This document shows, piece by piece, positions 35,185-57,500 of a stretch of DNA of 61,268 bases (positions are counted from its first letter, which is position 1; each line of letters opens with the position of its first letter). This DNA comes from Basidiobolus ranarum (lineage: Eukaryota), in NCBI GenBank assembly GCA_040143965.1, contig JASJQH010000007.1:1-61268 (forward strand). The letters are read 5' to 3'. The notes below the pieces were generated by a model. That model was given only the letters and a program-made list of their open reading frames with translations. It did no database searches and had not been told where the DNA came from. Made by a program: the position numbers and the translations under genes.

Positions 35185-35910
35185 TTTCACTTTCTTCAGT
35201 CACAAGTTCATCATGCATATTTCACCCAAATGGATTTGTATTTTTCGCCTACTCCCCACATGCCCTTGAACACATCATTCTCATTCAAAACGTATATAGA
35301 ATTTATTTTAGTCTCACCTAATACCTCATTAGTTAGCATTCCTCACGGTTTTCCGATTGCTTTCAAAATCCTACTGTTTGTACAAAAGATTCATAAAAAA
35401 GACAAGTCGCATAAAATGTAATATATCCTGTTTCAAGTACTTCTATTTTCCTTGAATGTACGTAAAGCATAACATGTATCCGCTCTGTATGCAACGGGTT
35501 TGACAAACAGTTCTCTTTACGCGCGTACAATGCCGATGGGAAGAGTGTGTGGATGGTAACTTGTAGATGGTGGGAACATTGTGTTTCTTGACACTATATA
35601 TGACTTCACCTGATCCAGTCTTTGGTAGTAATAATCTGGAGGTTCCTTTTTTGGAAGTTCACCCATTTTCTACTTGGATGGTTAATTGTTGCTACGGTTC
35701 AAATGTTCAGTTGTCCTTTTAGCCTCTCAAATTAATAGTAACGGGATTTCCGAAGATATCATTTGGTAATTTAAAATCGCAAAAAAATTCCTTTTTTTTT
35801 TTAATACGTGTGATTCAATTTCGAGATTCTAATTCCAAATACAAAGGTTATTTTTGGGTGTTACTTACGTCTTCGAATTCCACTTTTCCCTTTCGATTAT
35901 CTTGGAAATC

Positions 35911-39050
<3,140 letters not shown>

Positions 39051-39297
39051 TTTTCTAATATATAATTTATTGTTCATTTTCCTTTATAAGCATTCAACCT
39101 TGTTTTTTTAATTCTCAACATGACATTGTCTTGATTTTGAAAGCAAAATAAATCGATCAATATGGCTTCTCAATTAATATCTCTTCATATTACATTTGGA
39201 CGATGGACTAATGAGGGTGAATTTGATTTATTATATACTTTGAATCTAATCTCAAACTATGCTTGATTTCTCCTGTTAGGCAATGCAATAAGCATTT

Positions 39298-39850
39298 CTA
39301 TTTGGATTCTTTGGCAGCTTCTTCAGCGGCACGATTACGATGAACTCGTCTTTTGACAACGTATTCCGCCAAACGTTTTGGGAACAAATCATCACGCATA
39401 TGACCGGCTGAGGAATTCAACCATAAAATCGTTAGTGAAATACATAGAATGGCGTTGAAAGCAAACAAACTACTTACGTTTAACAACGACAATGCTGTCT
39501 AAAATTTTTAGAAAATAAATACAAACGCTTCAATTAGTACTGTGTAATGAGAAGAAACACAAGAGAATAACCTTAACCATAACATGGACTTACCTTTTTT
39601 GCCGAGGTTCTTTACGTCTGCTAGCAACTTAATCTCGATACCTTTCTTCTGTCTCATAACACCAGCACCACGCTATACAGGGATTTCCAAAACGATTTGT
39701 TATTAGTTAATTGGTATCTAAAACAAATATTCCATTACGTACACGAAACTCCAAGTTACTGCAAGTGATACGTGAAGGAGTCGAATAGACGCCCTTCGAG
39801 AAGGGACTAGCTAGAACGGAAACGACTGAACGAACTTTACTTTGAAACAT
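39298..39850 (-). CDS. MRPL9: Mitochondrial ribosomal protein bL9m (L9 N-terminal domain), 4 exons
   Basis: Spliced presequence followed by IEIKLLADVKNLGKK|DSIVVVK|PGHMRDDLFPKRLAEYV, the L9 N-domain signature (yeast name Mrpl50). Confidence 0.85.
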
Positions 39851-40126
39851 AGTCAAGAAGCTGAGAAAAGTAATAAGGTATTGGAATAATCCAAGAGTAA
39901 CTTTCACAGAATTGCTCTTCTGAAGAGATAATTTTTTCAAAATGCACCTTCAAATCAAATCTGGATGAAATTTCAAAATATCCGTTTCCTACAGAAAATC
40001 TTGATTATCATCGGGTTTTTGGATCCTTGAAATGATTGATATTCAAGGATATCCTTCCAATCGTAGAGCTGAGATGATTAAATATCAGTGGACCATATTG
40101 GAGCTCAGTTTGACTTGTCGAAAACC

Positions 40127-40825
40127 ATGTTGAGAGCTTTGAGAAATACTTTGAAAACTCCTACTTTAGCTTACTGTAAGAGCAAACAGTCTCAAAAAAC
40201 GCTTCTTAACCGATCTTTTTTTAGCTCAGCATGGAATCCCTACCGTGCTAGGTAACAACCAAAGAAATTCAATTTATTCTTTATTAGTTTAGTTTGTAAC
40301 TTATTTACGCTTCTCTCGTACATGTATCCACTTAGTGACATCGACAGTAATGCTTATCACGCTCACTCTAATGAGACCATGGACACTCTTTTAGAAAACT
40401 TGGAAGAATTAGGGGATAACGAGGACTACTCCGGCTTTGACGTTGAATATTCGGTAAGTCCATGCCAGCAGGTATATTTACGGTTGGCTTCAGGATACAG
40501 AAACAGGATATTAATAGAATATTATTCTTATTACAGAGTGGTGTTTTAACTTTGAAACTCGGAGACGCTGGAACTTATGTTATCAATAAACAGCCACCGA
40601 ATAAGCAAATCTGGCTTTCCTCACCCAAAAGGTAAAATCTAGTGAATTAGTCTTTAGAGTTATGTTATATTAAACGTTACTCGATTGCTCTCTAGTGGCC
40701 CAAAACGATTCGATTATGATGTTGACGCGGGCAAATGGTTCTATCAGCGAGACGACCATACTTTGGATGAGTTACTCAACCGGGAGTTAAGTGAGATTTT
40801 CAAGCGTGAGCTCAAAGTTCTTTAA
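40127..40825 (+). CDS. YFH1: Frataxin, 4 exons
   Basis: Presequence [10 protein letters not shown]...; [44 protein letters not shown]...WFYQRD. Confidence 0.96.
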
Positions 40826-41236
40826 GCATATCTGCCGAAATGTACAGGCACTTTTTTAAGCATTACTACCTTTGAACAAGCCAACTGCATCAAATTAAGC
40901 AGTAATCCCCTTCTTCATTGCAACTCACATTCCATCATGTTAAAAAATAAAGTGAGCACAACATCTGCTATGGTATCATTTCGTATCTGAATTCCGTATC
41001 AGGACTTCGCAATAATCATTGTGTACCTACCGCATATAATCATTTATGATGGCTTAGTGTCAATCTATACTAAGATTGATTAATTGAAGAAAGGGTGATT
41101 TCATCTTGAAAAACGTTGGGCCTGAGAGCAGTCCCGTTAGGTAATCATAATTTTATTATTATTCGCACAAATCGCCACTTTTTCGTTGACACAAGCCTTT
41201 ATTCCGTTTGGATTTGGTAATGCTAGTTATCTCCTC

Positions 41237-46838
<5,602 letters not shown>

Positions 46839-47030
46839 AAAGTGTCAAGTATATCATTGAAATCATCTATTCCTTCTTCCCCTATCCCCCCCACCATGAC
46901 AAGTATACATAAATCTTCATCCCCAATCATATACTAGTTTCAATAGGTAAGTAGCTGTTGAAATGAATTTCTCTGGAGAAATGTTTATTTAAAATTGAAG
47001 TAGAAAGACAATGAGGTAGAGATGGGGGAA

Positions 47031-47068
47031 GAAGGGAAAGGGAAAGGGAAAGAGAAAGAGAGGGAAAC
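47031..47068 (+). repeat. Purine tract, (GGGAAA)n-like, between the convergent VPS15 3' ends
   Basis: GAAGGGAAAGGGAAAGGGAAAGAGAAAGAGAGGGAAA. Confidence 0.7.
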
Positions 47069-47107
47069 ATCCATATTCAAGCAAATAATCGAATTTATCA
47101 AACTTTA

Positions 47108-50100
47108 TTAGCGAAATACTTTGATCACTCCTTCTCTATCAGCGCTGACCAAGATAGTATACGGTACCTCGACTAGCTGGATATCATTGATACAATCCGT
47201 ATGATTATTGATCAACATTTGTTGTAGTTGGGGTACGGGATTGCCAATTCTTGGAGTGGCACCAACTCCAGCTTTAGCTTTGTGATTGTTGGATGGATTT
47301 CGTGCTCTAGGTGGGGTTTCGATGTGAAATGTGATTCCATTATGAATCAATTTACTAAGATATTGAGTAAGAAAAAGGTTAATTAGAGAACAACATGGAA
47401 GGTAACACTCTTCTGCACTTTTGTTTCAGTGATCATTACTTGCCTGAAATTGGGTTTCGGTTCATTTATATGTAACCCACTGATAACGTAGGAACCTTCG
47501 GGGTGCTCAATGTCCCAGTACCTTATTTTCCCCACACCTGCAGTCAAGATATAATTTGTATTCACTGGGGATATCATGGATTTGATGGAGTTATCTTGGA
47601 ATGCAGAAAATCCATTTTGACCGGGGTTTAATACGTTCTTTAGAAACGTTTCTTTACTGGGTATATCCTGGGGCTTTAGAGTAGGATGAGATAGGTGTGA
47701 TTAGTAAGAGATCCGAAGGTTAATCAAGTAAAGGATGTATGAAATGAAACATAAGAATTTCTTACCTTTAACATGTCCGATCCAATTTTGGTGGATCTTC
47801 GGTCATCCACCGAACGTACCATAAATACCTCTTTACACTCAACCTTTTCAATATCCCACAGAGAAACCTCGTTGTTTCCTGCGGCTACCAGGACGTGTCT
47901 ACCTCTGCTAGAGGGACCCATGTAAAGTACCAATCGATTGATGGAGGTTTTACTCGGATGAATCCAGGATCTTAATGAAATGTGAAATCTTAAATCCCAT
48001 AAAGTAAGAATACCCCGGTTCGTGCCAACCAGTATCCACGCTCGATGAGGATCAATCACGAACGACGTAATTACTCCTACAGAAAAGTTAGTTTCAAGAG
48101 AGCAAAGGATCGTCAATGTTGTAAGAGAATTACCAAAGTTGGTTGGATTCTGAAGGATCCAGACAACTTGAGTCTTCCGTAGATCGAACCCGTAGATATT
48201 TCCTTTCGTAGTGGCATAGACAAGTAGTGACTCTTGCTCTACAAATAAACCATTTTAGAAGTTGGATTGATTGAAAGAAGGTCAAAGGGTTAAATAGGAT
48301 ACCGGTGTTGAAATGCTCGATTGTCACCACATGTTCTTCTCTTAATACTATTTTCCTCACAGTCTGGCATTTGCCATACTTGGGAGCGGTGTTGTTTCCC
48401 TGATAATCAACTCTATTGTACTGGGTCAGTCTATATCTCCATCCAGTCACAATTGAGTGGGGGCTTTACCTGAAAATATGGATGGTTCCATCGTCGGAAG
48501 CCGAAGCAATGCTGTAAGTGTTTTCAATGAAAGTCATACACTTGATTTTCCCCTCTACATGGACCAGATCAGTTTCTTTTCATTCTTCAAGAAATCGGTA
48601 GCTTACCTTGTAGATTATACGTTACTCTAGGTTTCGTGGTAGGATTCTTCTCCAATCGAGAGCAATCCCAAATCTTGATTGTTCCATCATCACTACACGA
48701 CGCGAAGAAGCTATGGTCAGGCGCGATGCATATCTGATTCACGGAGGCTTTATGAGCTGTGAGATTGGCGATAAGTGTACCTAAACATTTCAAACGTTAT
48801 AGTACGGGAAATAGGAGAAACATGGCCGGATATGACTGTACCCTCCAATTTGCAATCAAATATGGTCGAGTTCACTGAGTTCTTATTGAATGCACGCCTA
48901 TTGCGTGCAATAATCGCCATAGATAGATGCGGTCCCAGTTCTGGTACAAATGTTACTAAGTAGTCTCGTCGATTAACATGGTTCATTCACATTGATTAAA
49001 TTACCAGCTAACGGTCTTGGAAATGCCTCCAGTGACTTTTTATCCAACAACGGCTTGAGTGTGCGGTCTTTTCCATCTGTAATGAGGTGAAATCATAGAG
49101 AGTTAGCCTTAAGTATATATACATATATATTATAATAGCCAAGTTCTCAAACTAGTCGTGTTTCAACCTTTGTTCCAACCATTAGTTGAGCTGGGAGTAT
49201 TCGGGACACCCTGGCCCTTAATGGAGTCCTTGTCAATTTTACCATCTTGCTGAAACTCATCAATTCCATGCTCTGAAATGGGTATTTCGAGGGTAGCCGT
49301 AATGCTGGCTGCATTCGTACCCGTTGCGGCCGAACTTTTGACAGTTGGAGAAGAAGCGACTGATGGTAGATGTGAATTACTTCTGGATATTGGAGTGGAT
49401 AGGATAGGAATTGAGTTGATACTAGTCTCTGAGTAGTTATGAAGTTGAAATCCACTGAAATGCCGTTTCTGAGCTTTGGAATTGAGGCTATATGAGGAGG
49501 GACTTCCATCATGCGTCTCCAGATCTTGAGTGCTTTTCATGGACACACTGTCACTGGTAGCTTTCGCTAGTGGTACGTCGGGAAAGAGATGCGGCCTGTT
49601 GGACGATATCGAAGAGCGCCTAGAAAATCATCGTAACTCTGGTTATATAACTCTCTCGAGTTTTTCCTTTATATGCATTTACCTGCTGCTACCGGAAGCC
49701 TACATACGCAATTACAAAGATCAATACGATGGTTTGGTAAAATGAGTCGATAGAAACAGAACTGATAATTACCTCGGATGGCATCGCTTTCTTCGAACTC
49801 TTTTTACTTTGGTCGAGTCGCTGTTGAGAATCATCGGGAAATGGGGATGTCAGAAACACCGTTCTAGGAGTTATACCCAGGTCTTTGAGCATTATGGATC
49901 CATTCTAAGATAAATTGAGTTTAGATTTTGAGTTTCAGTTCAACAAGTCAATCAGTTGACATCTACTTCGATTTCAATCCTATTCTTGAGATTAGCGGAA
50001 ACCTTTACGCGTAAACTCTGTTTAGCCCGGGACAGTTTAAGCAAATACTCTCTCATAAACAAGAGCTTCTCCAAGTCTTCCGCGGTCATCCCAAGTTGTT

Positions 50101-53100
50101 GGAGCTTAGTAAAGTTCGATTTGTCCCTAAACAAATATGAACTTGTTAACGCTGCATTAAAAGCAAATACATACTCAAGAGAGCTTACACATCCGAAAAC
50201 TTGGCAGGAATGGGGGGAAGGGCCGATGAGTCGTTCTTCAGTTGATTCAGTAAGATATCATCAAGAATGAGAAACGTTGGGGATTGACTAGCCCATTGCA
50301 GTACTTGGTCAAAGATTATCCTATCAATCTAAAGGAGGGGCCATTCAATTAACTAAAATTCTAAAACGCTTATTGAGTAGTTCTTACTCGCGATTTGGCT
50401 GCTTCTAATAGCTCCTTTTCCGTCAAACTAATAATATCAGTTTTGAGGAAAGGGCGGATGGTCGGATATATAAAGCACCATACATCTGGGACAGTCAGAA
50501 TCTTACCACAAGATACGATGAAGGAAATGGCCCCTTGGGTACAATTCTTCGGGTCAGAAAATACATAACGAGTCAATATTCTACACAAGTATACCAACCA
50601 TAAGAGATCCACGTGTTTGGGTGGCATATTAACGGAGCCACCACTCCAACAAGTTCCCACACTTTGATCTTGTTGAAAAGGCCTAATCCAGCTAGGGAAG
50701 CAAGAGAATTCAACACTTTCTGAACAACAAATTCCTCGGGATCTACAAACATGTTATACTTAGTCTTCATCAGAAAATATAAACTTACCAATAATACTTC
50801 AATGGTTACTGGAAATTACCTATCAATGATTGCACCATCAATGGTAAGATATATTCTTCCAAACTCTTTCCTCCAACAAATGTACCAACTCCAACAATAG
50901 TTTCAAAGAAAGCCCCTCGAAGCATACCATCTTGATCGTTGAGATATGTGATCATGTGTGAAAGAAGGAAATCGTTTGCCTTCTGCCGTCCGAAAAACAC
51001 GCATAGTCGAGTGATTCCCGACAGGAGCGCCCTTTTAATTGAGCTTTCCTGGTCTATCAGAAGTATGGTAACTTGCTCTTGAATATGCAATTGAAGATCA
51101 ACCAAAGCGATATCGTAGGTGGCCTAAGTAATTAATGAGCGAAAAGAAGTTCATCACCTATCAAAGGGCGTTTATTTACCTCGTAAGGAGAGTTTCCATC
51201 GGCCTCATTGTCCATTTCATTCTCAGTTGCTGTCTTGAAAGCCTGAATTTAGCGATTAGTGGTTAACATAGATCTTGAATCAGTCAGTAGAATATCAAAT
51301 CTGACCTGAGAAAGCTCCAAGAACCTCAGTGCAGTTTCGGATAAAGATGCGATACATGCAGCGTAAGTAGTTCGCGTAAAAATCTCAGGATCCGTGGCGA
51401 ATCGACGAAGATGTGGAAATATGAATTCCGGAAAAATATTTGAATTGATAGGGGTGATGGTCTCTACGGTAGATAGCTATTGCATTAATGAAAATAGCTC
51501 TTTAGTAAAGTTTATCCTAGTCAATAGAAACTATGAAGTCTTCGAACCAGTTCAGTCATTGCTTTGACAGCGCTCCCCCTGACCAAGCTCACTCTGTCGT
51601 TTAGTAGACTAACAATATATGGAAGTAGCCTATCTAGCTTCATGTCATCACTCAAATGCTCACTTATAGCGAGCAACATATCCAACGCATAGAGTTTTGA
51701 CGATGGATATACAGCATTCCGAATAGATGAACATATCAGCGATAGGAAGACGACCGCGCCTTCATCGTCTACGATTACAAAGCTATTTAGTCAGTGGAAA
51801 AATGTGGAGGTGTATACAAAGATCAAAGGGAAACCTGAATTCAGTTTCGTTGTTTCGGAAATTGTTGAAGAAGAGTCGTAGTGCGGTATATTGTACTTAA
51901 CCGGAAGAAAGTTCTGCACAAGAGGGATTTAATATTAGGCCCAATTTATGTAATATTAGATGGAGATTTAGCACTTACGTTGACTTTACGCGAAAAGCCG
52001 CGTCCTAGGGTGGTACATTGAAATTAACACAAGTATCCAAATAAACAACAATACGGATAGCCACTTACGACCAATCTTCTTTTCCTGTGATGCATTTCCT
52101 TTTCCATCGGAGTCGTAGAATCCAAGGAAATAGGCAATTTTGTCAAAATCGTTGTAGAGTTTCTCGATTCTTGCGTCTGCATCATTTGGAGATCCATCAG
52201 CACTGGAGGGCAAAGATGCAGCGTGTGTATCAATGACCGTTGCCAAATATTGATGAAGAAATGTGTAAAAGTAAGAAGGAAATGATAAATCTCGCCTAAC
52301 AATAGTTGATAACAATTCTTAATGTCAATCGCTTTCTGTACTTTAATATCTAGTGCGTACCATTCAGACAAATATCGCTCAGCAGAATATCGCTTGTGAG
52401 GTTCTAGCTGAATCATATGCTTGACCATTTCCTAGTTTTGCGTGGATAGTTAGCACGCAGTTATACGCAACAAGTATTACTGAACTTACTCTGATATCCG
52501 GGTCTTCAATCTTTTCCAGCTCAGAGGTCGGATCGTATTCATTTCGCTTGTAACTCAGAAGTTGAGAAAAGGAAAAGACCGGTGTTCCTTCCAAAAACAG
52601 TTCTGCGATTACACACCTGAACCATAATGGATTAGCATAAATAAACAAATATCTTTGCAATCCTTATACAAACCCTAAAGAAAAAATATCCATGGCTTCC
52701 GTCAATTTCGTTTCTTTCTTCGGAGTTTCAAACTATGGACATAACATTATTGACTTATTCCTTCAATTGTTGGAGTTCTCACTCTAAGATATGAGCTTAC
52801 ATTTTCTCCTTCGTGTCCGGAGTTATAAAATCTTTCCGGTGCTAAGTAACAAGATCGTCGCGAGGAGGTGTCGAAGAAGAAAGAAAAGTCCGCTGGATTA
52901 TCCTACAAGTAGTTCTAAGAACAAAATCTTCTATAATGAGAGTGATGTCGAAGCTTTCTAACCTCTGGTAAATAAGTTGGTTTGAAACTCGAAAAGTCTG
53001 ATAATAAAACCCAATTCCAACTGGTAACAAGAACATTTTCAGTTTTGAGGTCTCCATGATATATCTAAGAACTCAGCAAATAATATTAGAATTCTTTCTT

Positions 53101-53908
53101 TATAAATCTCCTTGTCAAGCTGTTAGCCACAAGAGGTGCATATTAACCTGGTTTGCATGCGCGTCCGCAACCGTCCGAAGTAACTGGAATGTTATCCATT
53201 TTTTCTCTATTAAGTCCAAGAACGGGCGAGTACTAGGAGAAGTGAGAAGTCAGCTTAAAGAATGACAAAATAATTTGAATGCAATCTCAATGTCGTTAAA
53301 ATATACCTAATTCTATCGTATAAGTTGGTGAAAAAATATTGACGAATGAGGTATACGGCTGTGTCTGTCTCAAAGATTCTTTGGTATGGTAAAGCATTTG
53401 GAACATCTACCAAGCCATCATGCTCCACTGTAAAGACAAAGTTAATAAGGCGTCGAAGAAAAATGACCATTGTATGTGTATATTAAAACTGTAAGATTTC
53501 TAAAAGAAAATCACTCAAAATATGAGGAAATTACCGTTAAGTTGATCAATGTATGGTTTTAAAGAGATGTCCGCATCTGGTTTTATGAAAATCTTCACTA
53601 CAACTGAGCCTTCTTTATGCTTTCCTCGTATAGTTTTCATAAATCTAGCACTTCCTAAACTATTTTTTTAAAAACGTTAAGTTGATTATGACTGTGACCA
53701 AGAGATTTCCATAGTATGTCAATCTTTCTGTAACGCAATATCTTGATTTGAAAGGATCTTTCTCACTACATAAATCTAGAGCTATGTATATCGAAAGTCA
53801 GAGAGAATTATACCTTTTCTCATATTGTATGTCCCCTAGCTCGCCTACATAGCTGTCAATACCTGCTGTAGCCGTAGAAGGTATTGTACTAGAAAAATTG
53901 TTACCCAT
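47108..53908 (-). CDS. VPS15: Vps15 copy B, intron-rich (about 31 introns by manual reading)
   Basis: [65 protein letters not shown]40 repeats, C-terminal NHTDCINDI...[13 protein letters not shown]. Confidence 0.95.
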
Positions 53909-54570
53909 GTGGGGGAAGCACGCATATAGTTGAGTAATATATAGGTGTAATAATAGTTTGTAACAACGCGAGACAATCAGTATGAGATGGGACTGCCTTC
54001 GTCTGGTCAAAGAATGGAGTTAGATCGCACCAAATGACATAATAGCTGGATTGATTAATTGACGATTAATCATGTACCTCTGATAACTCATCCGTCTCCT
54101 AAACACTCAATCCTTGGAACATCTGCTAACTAGCAATCTGGGGTATAGGTTATGATGAATTTCAACAATTTGAATCTTTATTAGTAATGGCGTGCTATAT
54201 CACATGTATCATTTTACTTGGAGTAGATCGCTATCTAGATTAATGGGAATCTATGTGAAGTTAAGCTGTTCAACGACTTCTAATACGGATTAATCTTTTT
54301 GAATAATGAAATGTCATATTAAAGCAAATGAAGGGTAATAAAGGGTAGAAGTTTAATGCATATTAAAAGAGAAATTTAAGAAAGGTAAAAGAAGAGAACA
54401 AGAGATATAGATTCCCATGTCCTTTTTCTTTTTCATCGCTCATGTAAAGAAAAGAGTTTAAATCGAGACATGATATGAAACACGTAAAGGTAAGTCTGTA
54501 GGCAAGGTTAATCAAGAAATGGATGGGTTATGTTTAACAGGGCGCTAACTATCTATATAAATATGACTTT

Positions 54571-57500
54571 TTATACTATTATAATATTGTACCATTCCTC
54601 TTCATTTCCACTGGCAGATCCATGCTTTGAAGCTCTCCTTTTCTTTTTCACAAACCCGCTGTCGCTCATGAGGTCTTCTATTTCAGCTGGCGAGGCTATC
54701 AAACGATTTTTGATTTTATGTGAACGGCACCATTTTAGGTACGCATCATAGAGGATCGGAGAAGACACATACGAATAGGGTTTAACTTCTATGCATTCGT
54801 CGACAAATTCGTTGAAACTCTGCTCTTGCTCCTTTAACTGCTCGTCGTTGGAATCATTCGATACCTCGCTTCCACCTTCCGGAATAACAGGAGGAGAAAG
54901 ATAATTGTTAGATTTAGCATGTGTTGTGTTGTTGTTACTAAAGTTAGGATTCACGTTAGGGCTATGTAGTTCCGGAGGATTCCTACTGGATATGGCAGGG
55001 GTGTTATTAGACGCAATGGTGGATGATGAATACATGTGCCCATTAGAACCAGCCGACATGGGTAACTTCAGGTTACCCATAGAGGAGCTAGCCGTACGAG
55101 CTTGCTGAGAATGTAATGGATGATTCTGATAAACCCCATTGGTGGTCTGTGGGTCTACAAATGAGTGCCTAGCGTGAAAGGAGGGATGCTGCTGCATTTG
55201 GGGAGATAAAGCATCCATTTTCATTTGAGGAGGGACAGACATTCTCATATTCCGTTGAATAGGAGCACCACTTGGATATCCATTCGGTAAAGAAACATTA
55301 GGAACACTGTGGGTACCAAATTGAGAATGGCGATTTGGATGCACAACTTGACTCCGCGGTTGTATAGGATACATGGAGTGTCGGTTGTAAGTTCTTGCTA
55401 ATGATTGATTGTCATTGTCAGGAAGGCGACGAGGGTATAATGATGTTGGGCGACTCATTTGCTGAGGTGTAGGTAAAGAAGACATGTGCTTCATCTGGGG
55501 CATTTGGTGCATGGATAGACGAGTATCATAGTTACGACCGCTTACCATGGAGACTCCATAGGCACTTTGGCTACGCATATCACGATAAGTAGAATTGCCT
55601 CGACTTTGACGTCGCAACATTTCTTCTCTGTGAAGAATTTGTTGACGTTGCTCCTGTATCATTCGCTCCTTTTCTCTCTCCATAGCTCTTCCACGCTGCT
55701 TCTCAAGTTCAACCATAGCGCTACCGGAGTTAGCATTAGTATAACGTGGTGCCGCCTTGACTTGTTGACGAGCAGCAATCGCTCCAACTAAACCGGCAGC
55801 TGAGGAATTGACGTGTTTTTTCTTGTTAGGAATTCCATGGATTAATGGGCCATATCTAGGTTGATCTTTTTGGGCTTGTTTGGCTGCCTCGTATTGAGCT
55901 ATCAGACCAGGAGGTCTTGGTGGATATACTGGACGTTCTTCATAATAGTTATCTCCATCAAATCCAAATTCATTCGAGTTCATAGCCATCATTCTTTGAT
56001 GCTCAATTTGTTCACGTCTGCGATCAACCGAAAGTGGTGGGCTGTTGGGTTCTCCTTCACCATAAGGATACGAGTCATGATCTTCTGGGATCATACCTGA
56101 GAATCGATGTTGTGAGGATTCCCTTCTATAAGCATCTCCATGCACATCAGCTTGGCTATAGGAGTTGTTACGATAACCCCCAGCTATGTTATGTAGTGCC
56201 TCTTCCGACAAAGAACCGGATGAAGTGGAACCGGAATATCTGACTCTAGGGGGATAGGGAGCATAACCACTGGGTGACAGACCTCTAGGCTCTCTGTGGT
56301 CAGGACTTTCAACAGAAACAGTATCACTGTTGTTAGAGCTAATAGGATGTGGTGAATATGGTACGGAAGATGAGCGTTGAGATCCTGAATGCGATAAACG
56401 TTCACTGGAATGGTTTTCTGATAAACTCTGCCTAGGTCTAGGTGGTGCAGTTATTATACTCTTCGGCTTGTTGGAATGAGCAGTTGAGTCGGATTCAGGC
56501 TGATTTGAGTCGGTAGCAATAGAAGTGTTACCATCCTCAGATTCATTGTCGGAATGAATGACCTCCTCGTCCTCCTCTTCCTCGGAATCACTTGGTAGAA
56601 TGCCATGTGACTTTTTGTTCTTGTATTTGCCCGATTTCCTGGGCTTAATTCCAAGCTCTTCCTTCAAAATTTCCTCTGATTCGATCTGAGTTTCCATAAT
56701 TTCGTTCTCGGGTACTTGCTGCTCATTCTCGTAGTCCAATTCGTTAGAAGGTGAGGCTAGATCCATCTCTGAACAAGATGGAGATTCCAGTGACTTTGTT
56801 TTATCGGAGTCCTCAGTATTACCGGTTTCAATATACATATCCTCTAGTTGATCGGTTAGTTGTTGATCTTCCTCCTGGAACTCTCGATGCATTTGGTAAT
56901 AAAAGATATCATTAAACCGCGACTTAGTGTACGCTAAGCTAGCATTCTTGATGGAGATGTTACTAACATCCTCAAGTTGAAGAAACAGTGACTGCTCGTC
57001 GGCCGGGGCCGGAGGTATAAACAATTGCTCTGGCCTTCCCAAAAGTCTATAGGCATCGAATGAGGAGATGAGCCACTCAGCAAGTTCTTTTTGCGTTGGT
57101 GCGTTGATCAATATAAATCCGCAATCCTTTTGATTTTTGCTCGGTTGCATGAAATGCACCAAACCTTCCAATTTGAAGATGGTAGACTGCTCAACTTCCA
57201 GTGGGTTATCAGGAAATATGACATATGCTTGAGTTACTTTGGAAATAATTATTGCTGGCTGAGATTTCTTGTTTTCATATAAAAGAACTTGTGCAAAATC
57301 TGGTGTAGTTCCGGGGCTGTTATCCAAAATAGCCCAATATTTTTTCCATTGAGCCGAGCCTGGGTACTTGATTTCGAGGTCCCCTTCCATGGACGTGTGG
57401 TATGTGTAGAACATGTCAGCATATTCCGGACGGGTTAATAGGACATATGTGAACATCTCATGAAGCTTCGAATATTCGTAACATGACAAATAGATGGCGC

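Noticed and set aside
35830-35910. Non-AUG mitochondrial extension of ALA1, as in yeast
   Set aside because: The in-frame upstream stretch is only 26 codons to a stop and is hydrophobic/acidic, not presequence-like.
48239-48303. U12-type intron in VPS15-B (donor GTATCCTA)
   Set aside because: The donor misses the GTATCCTT consensus and there is no CCTTAAC branch site near the acceptor.
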